64,000 bases of DNA. It comes from a virus (Duplodnaviria > Caudoviricetes). The stretch lies in IMG/VR virus record IMGVR_UViG_3300035661_000005; one strand, 5' to 3'. The notes under the pieces are model-generated. The model made no database searches and had not been told where the DNA came from. It worked only from the letters and a program-made list of their open reading frames with translations. Shown in pieces: positions 16,079-25,580 of this stretch; positions within the stretch are counted from its first letter, which is position 1; every line of letters begins with the position of its first letter. Position numbers and translations under genes: made by a program.

Positions 16079-17375
16079 CATCACTCTGAAGCAAGCGTCG
16101 GGCGTCCTGATCTACTTGACCGAGGAGCTGGGCGACGCCCGTCTACGGGCCGCCCAGCTCAAGACCTACGTGCAGGAGGCGCTCGACCTCGTCGAGAAGT
16201 CCACGCACCGGGATCACTTCTTCGAGGTCGCAGCGAACCTCATTCACGGGATCCCCGACACGCTCTTCAAGCTCGACAAGGCGCTCGATGCGGCGGCCAT
16301 GGCCGCCGCCCGCATGGACTACGAAGAGATCAAGCAAGGACTCAAGCCCGAGAAGGCTGAGGAGCTGGAGCGCGTTCTCGACGACGTTCGTCTCCGCTAC
16401 CTGAACCGCCGCTCGAACGATCCGGCCGTCAAGGAGACCCCCATGAACGCGCAGACCGCTTCCGCCATGCTGACCCAGATCGCCGAGGAGATCGACGCGA
16501 CTGGGGTGGTTCCCGTCGCCAAGGTGGCCCAGCTCATCGACACCCTGGAGCAGGGGACCAAGACGGCTTCCACGCAGCCGAAGCGGGCGTCCGCGGCCAT
16601 CCGTGCGGCGGCGGACTTCATCGTCAGGACGGCCAATCCGAGCCGCGCCAAGCTCGCCTCGAACCTCCGCAAGATCCTGGCGGACTCCGTGAACCCGACC
16701 GCCGGTGCCGGCGAGGAGTTCCAGAAGGAGAACCCCAAGATCACCGACGAAGAGGTCAAGAAGATCAACGAGGAGCACGAGAAGAACAAGGACAACTTCA
16801 AGGCCAAGAAGGCGGCGGAGCCAGGCAGCCTGACCTCTCCCGACGATGTGGCGGAGATGCTTCCTCGGATGTTCGAGATCATGGTCCATTCGGCCAAGGA
16901 CGCGCACATCGCCATCACGTCCGGCAACGAGGCCAAGGCAGTCCAGAAGGCCATGGGGACCATCATGAACGCGGCCCACGCGGTTCGGATGATCGCGCCG
17001 GATGCTGGCAGCGACCTCATGGACATCGCCAACAAGGCTTTCCGGCTCATCTCGAAGATCAAGACCGAGGCCCGTAAGGTGAACGTCATCGAGGCCCGCT
17101 TCGAGCGCGGCAAGCCGGCCGATCCCACCGAGAACATGTCCAAGGAGGACGCGGATCGCTGGTGGGAGGAGCACGAGAAGAACAAGGACAACTTCAAGGC
17201 TGCCACGATGACCGGCCCGGTCGCCGAGGAGGCGAAGGAGTCGCGGTTCGAAGAGGGCAAGCCGGCCGATCCCACCAAGAACATGGATAAGTTCGACAAG
17301 GACGAGTGGTGGGAGCAGAACGACAAGCACAAGGACAACTTCAAGGCGGCCTCGACCAAGCCCTGGTGGGAGTGA
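16065..17375 (+). CDS. Putative internal head protein with three C-terminal repeats
   Basis: SD GGAG before ATG16065. Repeats end in EEHEKNKDNFKA(A/K), and two carry RFE(R/E)GKPADPT.NM...WWE. Many [KR]-x-A motifs. Confidence 0.75.
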   Translation: MPTSDITLKQASGVLIYLTEELGDARLRAAQLKTYVQEALDLVEKSTHRDHFFEVAANLIHGIPDTLFKLDKALDAAAMAAARMDYEEIKQGLKPEKAEELERVLDDVRLRYLNRRSNDPAVKETPMNAQTASAMLTQIAEEIDATGVVPVAKVAQLIDTLEQGTKTASTQPKRASAAIRAAADFIVRTANPSRAKLASNLRKILADSVNPTAGAGEEFQKENPKITDEEVKKINEEHEKNKDNFKAKKAAEPGSLTSPDDVAEMLPRMFEIMVHSAKDAHIAITSGNEAKAVQKAMGTIMNAAHAVRMIAPDAGSDLMDIANKAFRLISKIKTEARKVNVIEARFERGKPADPTENMSKEDADRWWEEHEKNKDNFKAATMTGPVAEEAKESRFEEGKPADPTKNMDKFDKDEWWEQNDKHKDNFKAASTKPWWE

Positions 17376-17378
17376 GTG

Positions 17379-18236
17379 ATGTCCTCCCCGCTCATCTCTC
17401 GCCCTGCGTATGGCGAGGGGCGAGCGGCAGTCCCTGTTGCCGAGTCCAAGCTCCCGTCCGGGGGTCCGGGTGGAAAGGGGATGCCGCTTGATCCCGGCAT
17501 CCCTGGCTCGGCTACCCTGAGCAAACCCTCCGGTGAGGGCGCTCGGGAGCCCGAGAAGCAGGACGAGAACATCCACCGGATCGACAACGCTGACGACCTT
17601 CTCAAGGATCGGTCGCACATCGACGTCCGGGAGGACAACGCCGACAAGCACGACGGTATCGGCTTCAACGGGGAAGGGCCGTATGACGGGACGGGGAAGA
17701 CCAAGTACCCCTACCGGGACGATCGGCCGAATCACCATAACGCTTCCGAGCAGGCTGCCTTCGTCGCGGGCCTCTTTCTCCTACGATTCGCCCGGGAGAT
17801 CACCATCCCGTCCGAGCCTGGGATGGTCCGGACGGCGGCGAAGCTTGGGGAGATCCTCCAGGGGATCTCCCCCGACGTTCAGTCCAAAGCCTCCAAGTGC
17901 GCCGTGAAGCTCAAGCGGGCGGATCGTGCCAATCTTCGCTGGCTTTTCATGGTGGACGCGGGCAACGGTCCGAAGGTCGTGAAGCTCAAGGCGTATCGGA
18001 AGGGTACGGTCACCAAGCTCTCCAAGATGGAGCTGAAGGTGACCTGCTCGTGTCCCGCGTGGCAGTGGCGGGGTCCAGAGCACCATGCGCAGCAGGGTGG
18101 CTACTTGGACGGCAAGCCCCGTGGGACCGCCGCCACGCCGACGATCAGGGACCCGCGGAATCACAACCGCGTCTGCAAGCACGTCGCGGCGGTGCTTTTC
18201 ATGGTAAAAACTTGGGACATTCCCAAGGAAGGATGA
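17379..18236 (+). CDS. Two-part protein with a C-terminal SWIM-type zinc finger
   Basis: KVTCSCPAWQW...VCKHVAAV is the CxC...CxH SWIM pattern. RTAA lies at the junction with the disordered N-terminal half. Confidence 0.7.
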   Translation: MSSPLISRPAYGEGRAAVPVAESKLPSGGPGGKGMPLDPGIPGSATLSKPSGEGAREPEKQDENIHRIDNADDLLKDRSHIDVREDNADKHDGIGFNGEGPYDGTGKTKYPYRDDRPNHHNASEQAAFVAGLFLLRFAREITIPSEPGMVRTAAKLGEILQGISPDVQSKASKCAVKLKRADRANLRWLFMVDAGNGPKVVKLKAYRKGTVTKLSKMELKVTCSCPAWQWRGPEHHAQQGGYLDGKPRGTAATPTIRDPRNHNRVCKHVAAVLFMVKTWDIPKEG

Positions 18237-18243
18237 AGATCAA

Positions 18244-18681
18244 ATGCCTACCTACGCGACCCGTTGCTCCAAGTGCAACGAAACTCACGACATGCGGCTG
18301 ACGTTTTCGGACTACGAGGCGCTCAAGCTGGGGACGAAGACCCTGGAGTGCAGCTCGTGTCAGGGCCAGGTTGTCATCGACTTCAACCCGGGGAACGTCC
18401 AGTTCGTGCTCAAGGACGGGGAGTCGGGCGGTTGGATGTCCAAGGCGGGGCGGGAAAACAAATACCGCGTGAACCGGCGACAGGTCATGGAGCGCAGGCA
18501 GCGCGATCATGCTCCCAACCCGAAGCTCGTCCCCAACTTCGCGGGGGACACGACCGCCTCCTGGGGCGAGGCTCGTTCGATGGCTTTCGAGAAGGCGTAC
18601 GACGAGACGCGCAGCATGTCTGCCGCTCAGGCTGCCGCCTCCACCTACGATCCCCTCGTCAATAGGGAGTCCTCGCGATGA
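18244..18681 (+). CDS. FmdB-like zinc-ribbon protein
   Basis: MPTYATRCSKCN...ECSSCQG matches the MPxY.Y.C..C...C..C pattern of the FmdB family. Confidence 0.7.
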   Translation: MPTYATRCSKCNETHDMRLTFSDYEALKLGTKTLECSSCQGQVVIDFNPGNVQFVLKDGESGGWMSKAGRENKYRVNRRQVMERRQRDHAPNPKLVPNFAGDTTASWGEARSMAFEKAYDETRSMSAAQAAASTYDPLVNRESSR

Positions 18682-19322
18682 TGACCCGGCCCATCTCAGT
18701 CATTCGGCGTAGGCCGAACCTCGTCGACCTCATCGTACCGTTCGTCTACGGGGTCGACGGCTACCGTATCAAGGCGGCCAACGCCTTTGATGCCGTGGCG
18801 GCCACCGTTCTGACATCCTCCAACGTGGGCTTCCGGGATCCGAACGTAGATCCGAACAAGATCGACGTGCAGGGGGTCAAGGGTGTCCGGATCGTCTTCG
18901 ACCCGGCGTCCTACATGCTGGACGATACGATCCAGCACTGGCTGTGGTTCTACACGGTCACCGGCGGGATCGAGACGGTCCAGTCGGCCCCGCTCCTCCT
19001 CCTGCCCGACCAGAGCCTCTACCTGAGCCGTGGGCTGGGGCACATCGTCATCAAGGGAGTGGCCCCGAACGCCGCAGACATGTCCGGATCGCTGCAGCTC
19101 GACCTTCCCCGTACCATGTCCGACTGGCGAGTCCACAACGAGGACTCGACCCACGCAGCGTACATCGCATTCGAACCCGGCGGGCCAGAGGTCCAGATCC
19201 CCGCAGGTGGCACCCTACCGCAGATCTCCACGTACACGGGGGCATCCGCGAGCTGTTGGATCCGGGGGTCCGGGGGATCCCCGACTCTGACGATCACGGC
19301 TACCGTCTCCGTGCCGCGCTAA
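18678..19322 (+). CDS. Hypothetical beta-rich structural protein
   Basis: Overlaps the previous stop (translational coupling). Beta-strand-rich composition. Confidence 0.7.
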   Translation: MMTRPISVIRRRPNLVDLIVPFVYGVDGYRIKAANAFDAVAATVLTSSNVGFRDPNVDPNKIDVQGVKGVRIVFDPASYMLDDTIQHWLWFYTVTGGIETVQSAPLLLLPDQSLYLSRGLGHIVIKGVAPNAADMSGSLQLDLPRTMSDWRVHNEDSTHAAYIAFEPGGPEVQIPAGGTLPQISTYTGASASCWIRGSGGSPTLTITATVSVPR

Positions 19323-19340
19323 CCGAGAGGTGGAGGACGG

Positions 19341-19658
19341 ATGTACCTCCTCAACTACCTCTCGCTACAGCAGGCTCACCAGCTCTTCATCGCCATTGGG
19401 CGATACCGCACGGGTCAGAACCTCTCTGGTGTGAAGGACGGGGTGAACCTGACCTTCACGACGCCGGGGCAAGAGAAGTACGTCCACAATCTCCCGTTTC
19501 TGACCATCGCCGTCTACCTCAACGGCATGCGTCTCGCGCTACTTGACGATTACATCGTAGTTGAGAGCTACGGCCCAGGGACTGGCTACGATACCATCAT
19601 CCTCAACGAGGCCCCGTACAGCGACGATCACCTTTTTGCCGATTACGTGATTCAGTAA
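19341..19658 (+). CDS. Small beta-sandwich virion protein
   Basis: SD GGAGG. Motif GVKDGVNLTFTTP...VYLNGMRL..DDY..VESYGPGTGYDTI...ADY. Confidence 0.75.
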   Translation: MYLLNYLSLQQAHQLFIAIGRYRTGQNLSGVKDGVNLTFTTPGQEKYVHNLPFLTIAVYLNGMRLALLDDYIVVESYGPGTGYDTIILNEAPYSDDHLFADYVIQ

Positions 19659-19669
19659 GGGACTAAGAC

Positions 19670-20176
19670 ATGAGCGGCCCTACACGCACCAGACATCGTC
19701 GCGTCCGTGTAGCCGATGACTTGGGCGACGCGAAAACGCCGGCTCAGATCCAGCTCGCGATCCCTTCCTCGATCACCGACGAGCAGCTGCAGACGTTCTA
19801 CCTGTCGCGGCTCCGCGAAGTCATCTTCGGCACCGATCTCTCGAAGCACTGGTACGATGACTTCGAGGCCCTCGGGCTCTTCCCCCTGCTGGCCCTCAGC
19901 CGAAGGAAGACGGGGGTCCCTTTCATGGGGACGTTGGATGGCATCAACCGGACGTTTCGTACCCCAGACAAGTACGAGCACCGGAATGGGCTTTCAATCG
20001 ACGTCTTCCACAACGGCCGTCGGTTGGTGGAGGCGAGCGTACCTAGCCCTGAATATGGGGACTTTGTATGTACGGAGAGCGGAGGGGTCGGAACCGGGTT
20101 CGACACGATAGTCCTTTTGACTTTCACACCGAGTGTACGGTCCGTGATCGTCGCAGACTATCAGGTCGCCCTGTAG
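19670..20176 (+). CDS. Virion protein whose C-terminal domain is paralogous to 19341-19658
   Basis: GTLDGINRTFRTP...VFHNGRRL...GDF..TESGGVGTGFDTI...ADY aligns with the upstream gene. Confidence 0.75.
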   Translation: MSGPTRTRHRRVRVADDLGDAKTPAQIQLAIPSSITDEQLQTFYLSRLREVIFGTDLSKHWYDDFEALGLFPLLALSRRKTGVPFMGTLDGINRTFRTPDKYEHRNGLSIDVFHNGRRLVEASVPSPEYGDFVCTESGGVGTGFDTIVLLTFTPSVRSVIVADYQVAL

Positions 20177-20185
20177 GAGCCCTCC

Positions 20186-21958
20186 ATGCCCCAGTTTTCG
20201 AAGTTCAACGCCATCGACCAGCTACTCGACATCGCTGGGTCCCCCTCGCAGACGGGTACGCGGACCCTGACGGATGAGACGTCGGGGTTCGGTCAGAGTC
20301 TTGCGGGGCAGACCGGAGCAGCGGCCAACCTCGCCTCGGGCGGGGTCGGGATCACCACGGTCACCGGCCTGACCGGCATGACCCAGAACTCGATCGGCAA
20401 CTGGTTGACCATCACGGGTGCCGACACCACGAACAACGGCACCTTCCTCATCATCCAGTACACCTCGGCGACGAGCGTCGACATCTCGAACGCGACGCCG
20501 GGCACGCTGCCGGATCCGAACAACGGCGCGATCACATGGACGGAGCGCCGGCCCTACAGCCTCCTCGACGACCTCGACGTGGAGCGTTCGGACCGTCAGG
20601 GGATCAAGGGCGTCGCCTACGACCAGCCGGTCCCGACCTACACCCGGCCGACCGCGACGGGCACCAACGTCCCGGCGAACCTCGCGAATCTCGCCGGCAA
20701 GACGACCGACGCGATGGCTCGTTCGGTGAGCCGCGGCCAGTTCAACTGGGCTGTGGAGCCGACGGACACGTGGCTCTACGGGGTCGGTGCTTACAAGCAC
20801 GCGGGCAACCCAGCGACGGACATCACGGGTGTCCCCTGCTTCGACCTCGCCCCGTTCACTGGCGACTGGAATTCCTGCTACGTTGGGGTCGTCGATGCGA
20901 CGACCGGCAACGAGCTGGAAGTCCTCGCCGGCCCGCACGCTGGGGAGCGCATCTTCGGCATCACGCAGCAGGGTACCTCGACCTCGCCGAACAACGTCGA
21001 CGTCATCTGGTATTCCTGCCCGAACGGTGGGAACATCGTCACCAGCTCCACGGCGTACACCTGGGAGCAGGGTGTGGCGACGGCCAAGACCGGCACGACG
21101 GCGGTCACGGTCGTCCCGGGGGCCAACGGTTCCTCGGCCCTGACGGGCCTGACGGCGGGCGGCTTCACGAGCGGCGACGTCGGCACCTGGCTCACCGTCT
21201 CGGGTATGACGAACCCCGCCAACAACGGAACGTTCGTCATCCTCAGCGTCCAGAGCGGCACGGCGGTCACGGTCCAGAACCACGCGGCGGTCGCGGAAGG
21301 CCCGACGGCTGCTACCACCTGGACGCAGCACTCGAAGACCCAGCCGACGTTCGTCAACCTGACGTACGGTTACAACGAGCGGCTCGACAACCTCGACCAG
21401 AACGCCTGGCGCTTCCCGTACGTCTCTGGCCTCGTTGGTGACGCGGACCTCCGCCAGGACATCATCGACCTCCAGTCAACGATGGGCGTGGTCGATGGGA
21501 CCACGAACCTCTCGACGTACCTCACGAACCTCGGCCCCAACTACGTCTTCTCGACGCTGCCCGGTGGCGCCGGGGACACGGTGGTCGCGGCCCTCAACGC
21601 CCTCAACGCGGAGATCGGCAACCGGACCTACACGGGTACGATCCTCACGAGCGGGCAGACGATCACGGCCTCGCTGCAGGCCCTGGCGACCGCGGTCTCG
21701 GCTGGGACGGTCTACCGCTGGATCACCCGCCTGTCGTCAGCGCACCCGGCGAACACGCCGCTGACCCTCCCCGGTGGACAGACGTACGTGATCGACGGTA
21801 CGTTCAACGGCAAGGGGATGCTGGTCTTCTGGCGTGGTGTCCTCCGTGACCCGGGCTCCGTGGCGAACGGGGACGAGTACGGCGAGACGAGCACGACGAG
21901 CATCACGCCCTACCAGCTCATCAACAAGAACGACCACATCAACTTCCTCGTCCTGTGA
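20186..21958 (+). CDS. Fibre/appendage-like virion protein with a duplicated beta domain
   Basis: Thr/Gly-rich. Two copies of G.WLT[IV][TS]G.....NNGTF.I....S.T.V. Helical linker and a C-terminal beta-sandwich. Confidence 0.7.
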   Translation: MPQFSKFNAIDQLLDIAGSPSQTGTRTLTDETSGFGQSLAGQTGAAANLASGGVGITTVTGLTGMTQNSIGNWLTITGADTTNNGTFLIIQYTSATSVDISNATPGTLPDPNNGAITWTERRPYSLLDDLDVERSDRQGIKGVAYDQPVPTYTRPTATGTNVPANLANLAGKTTDAMARSVSRGQFNWAVEPTDTWLYGVGAYKHAGNPATDITGVPCFDLAPFTGDWNSCYVGVVDATTGNELEVLAGPHAGERIFGITQQGTSTSPNNVDVIWYSCPNGGNIVTSSTAYTWEQGVATAKTGTTAVTVVPGANGSSALTGLTAGGFTSGDVGTWLTVSGMTNPANNGTFVILSVQSGTAVTVQNHAAVAEGPTAATTWTQHSKTQPTFVNLTYGYNERLDNLDQNAWRFPYVSGLVGDADLRQDIIDLQSTMGVVDGTTNLSTYLTNLGPNYVFSTLPGGAGDTVVAALNALNAEIGNRTYTGTILTSGQTITASLQALATAVSAGTVYRWITRLSSAHPANTPLTLPGGQTYVIDGTFNGKGMLVFWRGVLRDPGSVANGDEYGETSTTSITPYQLINKNDHINFLVL

Positions 21959-21965
21959 GGCCCAA

Positions 21966-22217
21966 ATGCTCATCCCCAAGGCGGACTTCTCAGCGAGTGA
22001 GCTACGACACGCCCCGCCGAATCGGTGGTGCAAGTCCGGGCACATCGCTCCTGAGAAGTTCGCCCGGGATGGGATGGGTCGACCTGAGACGCCGACGCGG
22101 TTCTTCTCGGTTGTCAGCGATCAGGCCCCCGGGATCAACGGCACGTACTGTGAGCCCTGCTTGATCGTGGCCAACGCGCTCAAGCGGGGTGAGATTCAAA
22201 TCGTCACCATCAAATGA
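21966..22217 (+). CDS. Small Cys/His-containing hypothetical protein
   Basis: ATG21966 after SD GAGG. WCKSGH...YCEPC may bind Zn. Confidence 0.55.
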   Translation: MLIPKADFSASELRHAPPNRWCKSGHIAPEKFARDGMGRPETPTRFFSVVSDQAPGINGTYCEPCLIVANALKRGEIQIVTIK

Positions 22218-22224
22218 GTACCCC

Positions 22225-22677
22225 ATGAGCCTAGAGAACGAGACCGCCTCCACGATTGTCCTCAAGCTGCGCGCCCGCCTCGCGGACATGCTCAAGACGG
22301 GGCTCGTGGCCCCGGAGCACTTCGGCCTCTACCAGCAGACGATGCTGCAGCTCCTCGGGGAGATCGAGCGCAGGGAGCAGGAGTGCCGTAACCAGGCGCA
22401 GCAGCTACGTCAGCAGGCGGCGGCGGCGGACTCGCAGGCTCATGCCTTCATCGCGATGAAGTCGATCCTCTTCAACGTCGTCAACGGCTACCTGGATCTG
22501 GAGGAGCGCCGCCTGAAGGAGATCGCGGAGCGGGAGGCCGAGGCGAAGGCGGCTGCGGCTCCCGTGGGTGCCCCCAAGAAGCGTCGTCGCAAGAACGCCG
22601 AGTCGGCAGCGGACGCCCCGGAGTCCCTGCCGGAGGCTACGCCGGGGGCCGAGTCCGATGCCCCTGTCGAAAGCTGA
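22225..22677 (+). CDS. Coiled-coil protein (possible fibre assembly chaperone)
   Basis: Long heptad-like helix EIERREQECRNQAQQLRQQAAAA with a basic/acidic tail. Confidence 0.65.
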   Translation: MSLENETASTIVLKLRARLADMLKTGLVAPEHFGLYQQTMLQLLGEIERREQECRNQAQQLRQQAAAADSQAHAFIAMKSILFNVVNGYLDLEERRLKEIAEREAEAKAAAAPVGAPKKRRRKNAESAADAPESLPEATPGAESDAPVES

Positions 22678-23404
22678 CCTCTTCGACGTCGACTTCCTCG
22701 ACGCCCCAGAGCTTAGGTCGGACGGGCGGGTAACCACCCCCACGTCCGTCTATATGACCACCACGGGGGTTTCGACGACCTCCGGGACAAGTACGGTCGT
22801 CTCGAACCCCCCGGCGGACGGGGAGGGATTCCTTACGGGCCGGGACCACCCGGTCGAGGCTGGGGATCTACTCGTCATCACGGGGTCCACGGGCGCGGAC
22901 GGGACGTACACCGTCGCGACCATTGTCGACGACGTCACGGTCACGGTTGTCGAGCCGATCCCCACCTCCACGGGCGGGACCTACCAGTGGGTCTACCCTG
23001 CGGGGTCCAGCAAGATCGGTTTCAACCCGACAGGGCAGTCGATCACGACGGCCAGCAACGTTCAGCAGGCGCTCAAGGACGTTGCCGCTGCCATCACGGG
23101 CGGGAGCGGGATCACCGAGGCCCAGCACCAAGCGCTCGACACGCTCGTTCACGACATCGACGAGAATTCCTATGACGAGGTGACCCGGGTCAACGGGCTC
23201 ATTTCTCAGATTGTGACCTGGGACAGCCCGGCGAAGACCCTGAAAATCCGCGATGTCGTGATGACGCGGAACAGCCTGGGGCGGATCACGCAGATCGTCT
23301 GGACGCAGTACGACGCCCTCGGGGCGGTCAAGGAGACCCTCACGGAAGTTCTATCGCGGACGTGTAATCGGGTCTCTTCGATCACTCGAACCAGGGTGCC
23401 GTAG
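22658..23404 (+). CDS. Virion structural protein
   Basis: AGDLLVITGSTGADGTYTV resembles the repeated domain in 20186-21958. The C-terminal beta-hairpins look YD-like. Confidence 0.65.
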   Translation: MPLSKADLFDVDFLDAPELRSDGRVTTPTSVYMTTTGVSTTSGTSTVVSNPPADGEGFLTGRDHPVEAGDLLVITGSTGADGTYTVATIVDDVTVTVVEPIPTSTGGTYQWVYPAGSSKIGFNPTGQSITTASNVQQALKDVAAAITGGSGITEAQHQALDTLVHDIDENSYDEVTRVNGLISQIVTWDSPAKTLKIRDVVMTRNSLGRITQIVWTQYDALGAVKETLTEVLSRTCNRVSSITRTRVP

Positions 23405-23406
23405 CT

Positions 23407-24015
23407 ATGAGCGGACTCATCATCGGCGAAGTCGAAGTCGTCAACGAGGTCAGCCTCGCCCCGAGTGCTGTTCTCTACGACGGCGCGATTACGGCTGATG
23501 GCGACCTCACCATCAAGGTGAACGGCTTCTACTACGACCTCGGGGGGCTTCACGGGAAGTACCTGGGCTCCTGCGGGAACGCGCTCGCGGACAACGCGGT
23601 CACCTACGTCTACCTTCAGAGTGGTGGCACCCTGGGGCTCAGCACTGTGAGCTACCCAGGGACGGTCCACATCCGGCTCGGGCGCGTTGTCACGAGCGGT
23701 GGCTTCATCGTCCGTATCATTCTGGAACGCCCCTTCTTCACTGCAGGTGCGGGGGCCTCCGGTGCGAATGCGAAGGCTGGGGCGGCGATCCCTGGCGCCT
23801 TTTCGGGAAACCCTAAGAAGGCCAACGTCGTATTCGGCACTGCCATGCCGGACGCCAACTATTCGATCACTTTCGCGCCCGTCACGGACGGGTCTCGTAC
23901 ATTTTCCCCTTGTGTCGAGTCTAAGCTGGCTACCGGCTTCACCATCGACCTTCAGGCGAACAACCTTGCCGGCCTAGTAGAGGTGGGCTGGCACGCAATG
24001 CCCTTCGGGAGTTGA
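23407..24015 (+). CDS. Fibre-associated protein with a C-terminal beta domain
   Basis: The C-terminal KAG...GAFSGNPKKANVVFGTAMPDANYSIT...GFTI...VGWHA is paralogous to the end of the next gene. Confidence 0.7.
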   Translation: MSGLIIGEVEVVNEVSLAPSAVLYDGAITADGDLTIKVNGFYYDLGGLHGKYLGSCGNALADNAVTYVYLQSGGTLGLSTVSYPGTVHIRLGRVVTSGGFIVRIILERPFFTAGAGASGANAKAGAAIPGAFSGNPKKANVVFGTAMPDANYSITFAPVTDGSRTFSPCVESKLATGFTIDLQANNLAGLVEVGWHAMPFGS

Positions 24016-24019
24016 TCCT

Positions 24020-25567
24020 ATGCCCCTCGCTACGGACGGCCTGCTACTCGACCAACTCAGCACCGACCCGGGTTCTCCGCAGGAGGGCCAGGCTTGGTAC
24101 AACTCGACCACGTTCCTCTTCAAGGTCTACCGGAACGGGGCGGCTACGAACCTCGTCGACAACGTGGCATTCACCGGCCACACGGGGAACACGAGCAACC
24201 CGCACACCACGACCCTGGAGCAGGCCCGTTCGGCTGGCGCCACCCTTGCGGGTGACGTCAACATGGGCGGCAACAAGATCACGAACATCGGCGCCGGCAC
24301 GGCCTCAACTGACGCTGCCCAGCGTCAGTGGGTCACGGACCAGATCACCCAGAAGATCCGGGGCATGGACTGGCAGGACTCGGTCCTGAACCGTCTGACC
24401 ACGCCTCCCGCCAGCCCCGTCTCGGGCGACCGCTACCTGATCATCGCGACGGCAACGGGCGCCTGGCTCGGCAAGGAGAACCAGATCGCCCAGTGGAATG
24501 GGGCGAGCTGGGACTACGACATCCCCAACGAGGGCTTCACGACCCGGTGTGAGGCGGACAACCTCCTCTACACGTTCGATGGGACGTCCTGGGGCAACCT
24601 CGGTGGTGCAGTCCAGCACGCGACCCTGCTCGGCCTGACCAACGACGACCACACCCAGTACCTGCTCGCCTCCGGCAGCAGGGCGATGACGGGTGCCCTC
24701 AACATGGGCACGTTCGCCATCACGAACGTCGGCCTGGTCGATGGTGTGACGGTCTCGGCACACGCCTCTCGGCACCTCCCTACGGGTGCGGACCCGCTGA
24801 CGACGGCGGCGGCGAACACGATCACGGTCGGTGCGGCTGCGGCGGTCGGTACGGCCAACTCGTTCGCCCGCTCCGACCACACCCACGCCCTCACGGCTCC
24901 GGCCGCCCCGGCGAACGTCGACAAATCGGCCGCTTCGGCCGGTGCTTCGACCACGGTCGCTCGTGCGGACCACAAGCACGACATCACGACGGCAGCGGCC
25001 GTCGCCCTGACCGACGCGACGAACGCGGAAGGCACCGCCACCTCCCTGGCCCGCTCCGACCACACCCACGCCCACGGCAACCGGGCTGGCGGCACGCTTC
25101 ACGCCCTCGTCTCGTCTACTGGCCACGGCTTCATGCCGCAGTCGAACCTGGCGGCGTCGGCCAACCCGACGGTCAGCAACGACGGTACGCAGGGCTACGT
25201 GGTCGGCTCGGTGTGGATCAACACCACGAACCAGACCGAGTGGGTCTGCATATCGGCCGCCACGGGTGCGGCGGTCTGGAAGGAGCTGACCAACTCGGCC
25301 AGCATCCTGACCACGAAGTCCGGAAAGGTGCTCGCGGCTTCGTTTGCGGGGAGCCCGAAGAAGGCGACCGTTACGTTCGCCACGGCCTTCGGCAGCACGA
25401 ACTACGCCGTCACCCTCACGCCGATCATCACGGTCAGCGGCAACATTTACACGCCCAACGTGGAGTCGCAGGTCGCGGGCAGCTTCGTGATCAACATGGG
25501 CACGAACGGCATCGGCAGCCTGACGGCGGTGAGCTGGCTCGCCATTGCGAACGGCGAGTCCAGCTAG
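24020..25567 (+). CDS. Tail fibre protein (DUF2793-like domain, His-rich repeats)
   Basis: PPASPVSGDRYLI...GAWLGKENQIAQWNGASW is DUF2793-like. Also LLGLTNDDHTQYL, three AR[SA]DH[TK]H repeats, and a C-terminal KKATVTFATAF.STNYAV domain. Confidence 0.7.
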   Translation: MPLATDGLLLDQLSTDPGSPQEGQAWYNSTTFLFKVYRNGAATNLVDNVAFTGHTGNTSNPHTTTLEQARSAGATLAGDVNMGGNKITNIGAGTASTDAAQRQWVTDQITQKIRGMDWQDSVLNRLTTPPASPVSGDRYLIIATATGAWLGKENQIAQWNGASWDYDIPNEGFTTRCEADNLLYTFDGTSWGNLGGAVQHATLLGLTNDDHTQYLLASGSRAMTGALNMGTFAITNVGLVDGVTVSAHASRHLPTGADPLTTAAANTITVGAAAAVGTANSFARSDHTHALTAPAAPANVDKSAASAGASTTVARADHKHDITTAAAVALTDATNAEGTATSLARSDHTHAHGNRAGGTLHALVSSTGHGFMPQSNLAASANPTVSNDGTQGYVVGSVWINTTNQTEWVCISAATGAAVWKELTNSASILTTKSGKVLAASFAGSPKKATVTFATAFGSTNYAVTLTPIITVSGNIYTPNVESQVAGSFVINMGTNGIGSLTAVSWLAIANGESS

Positions 25568-25580
25568 TAGGTGACCATCT

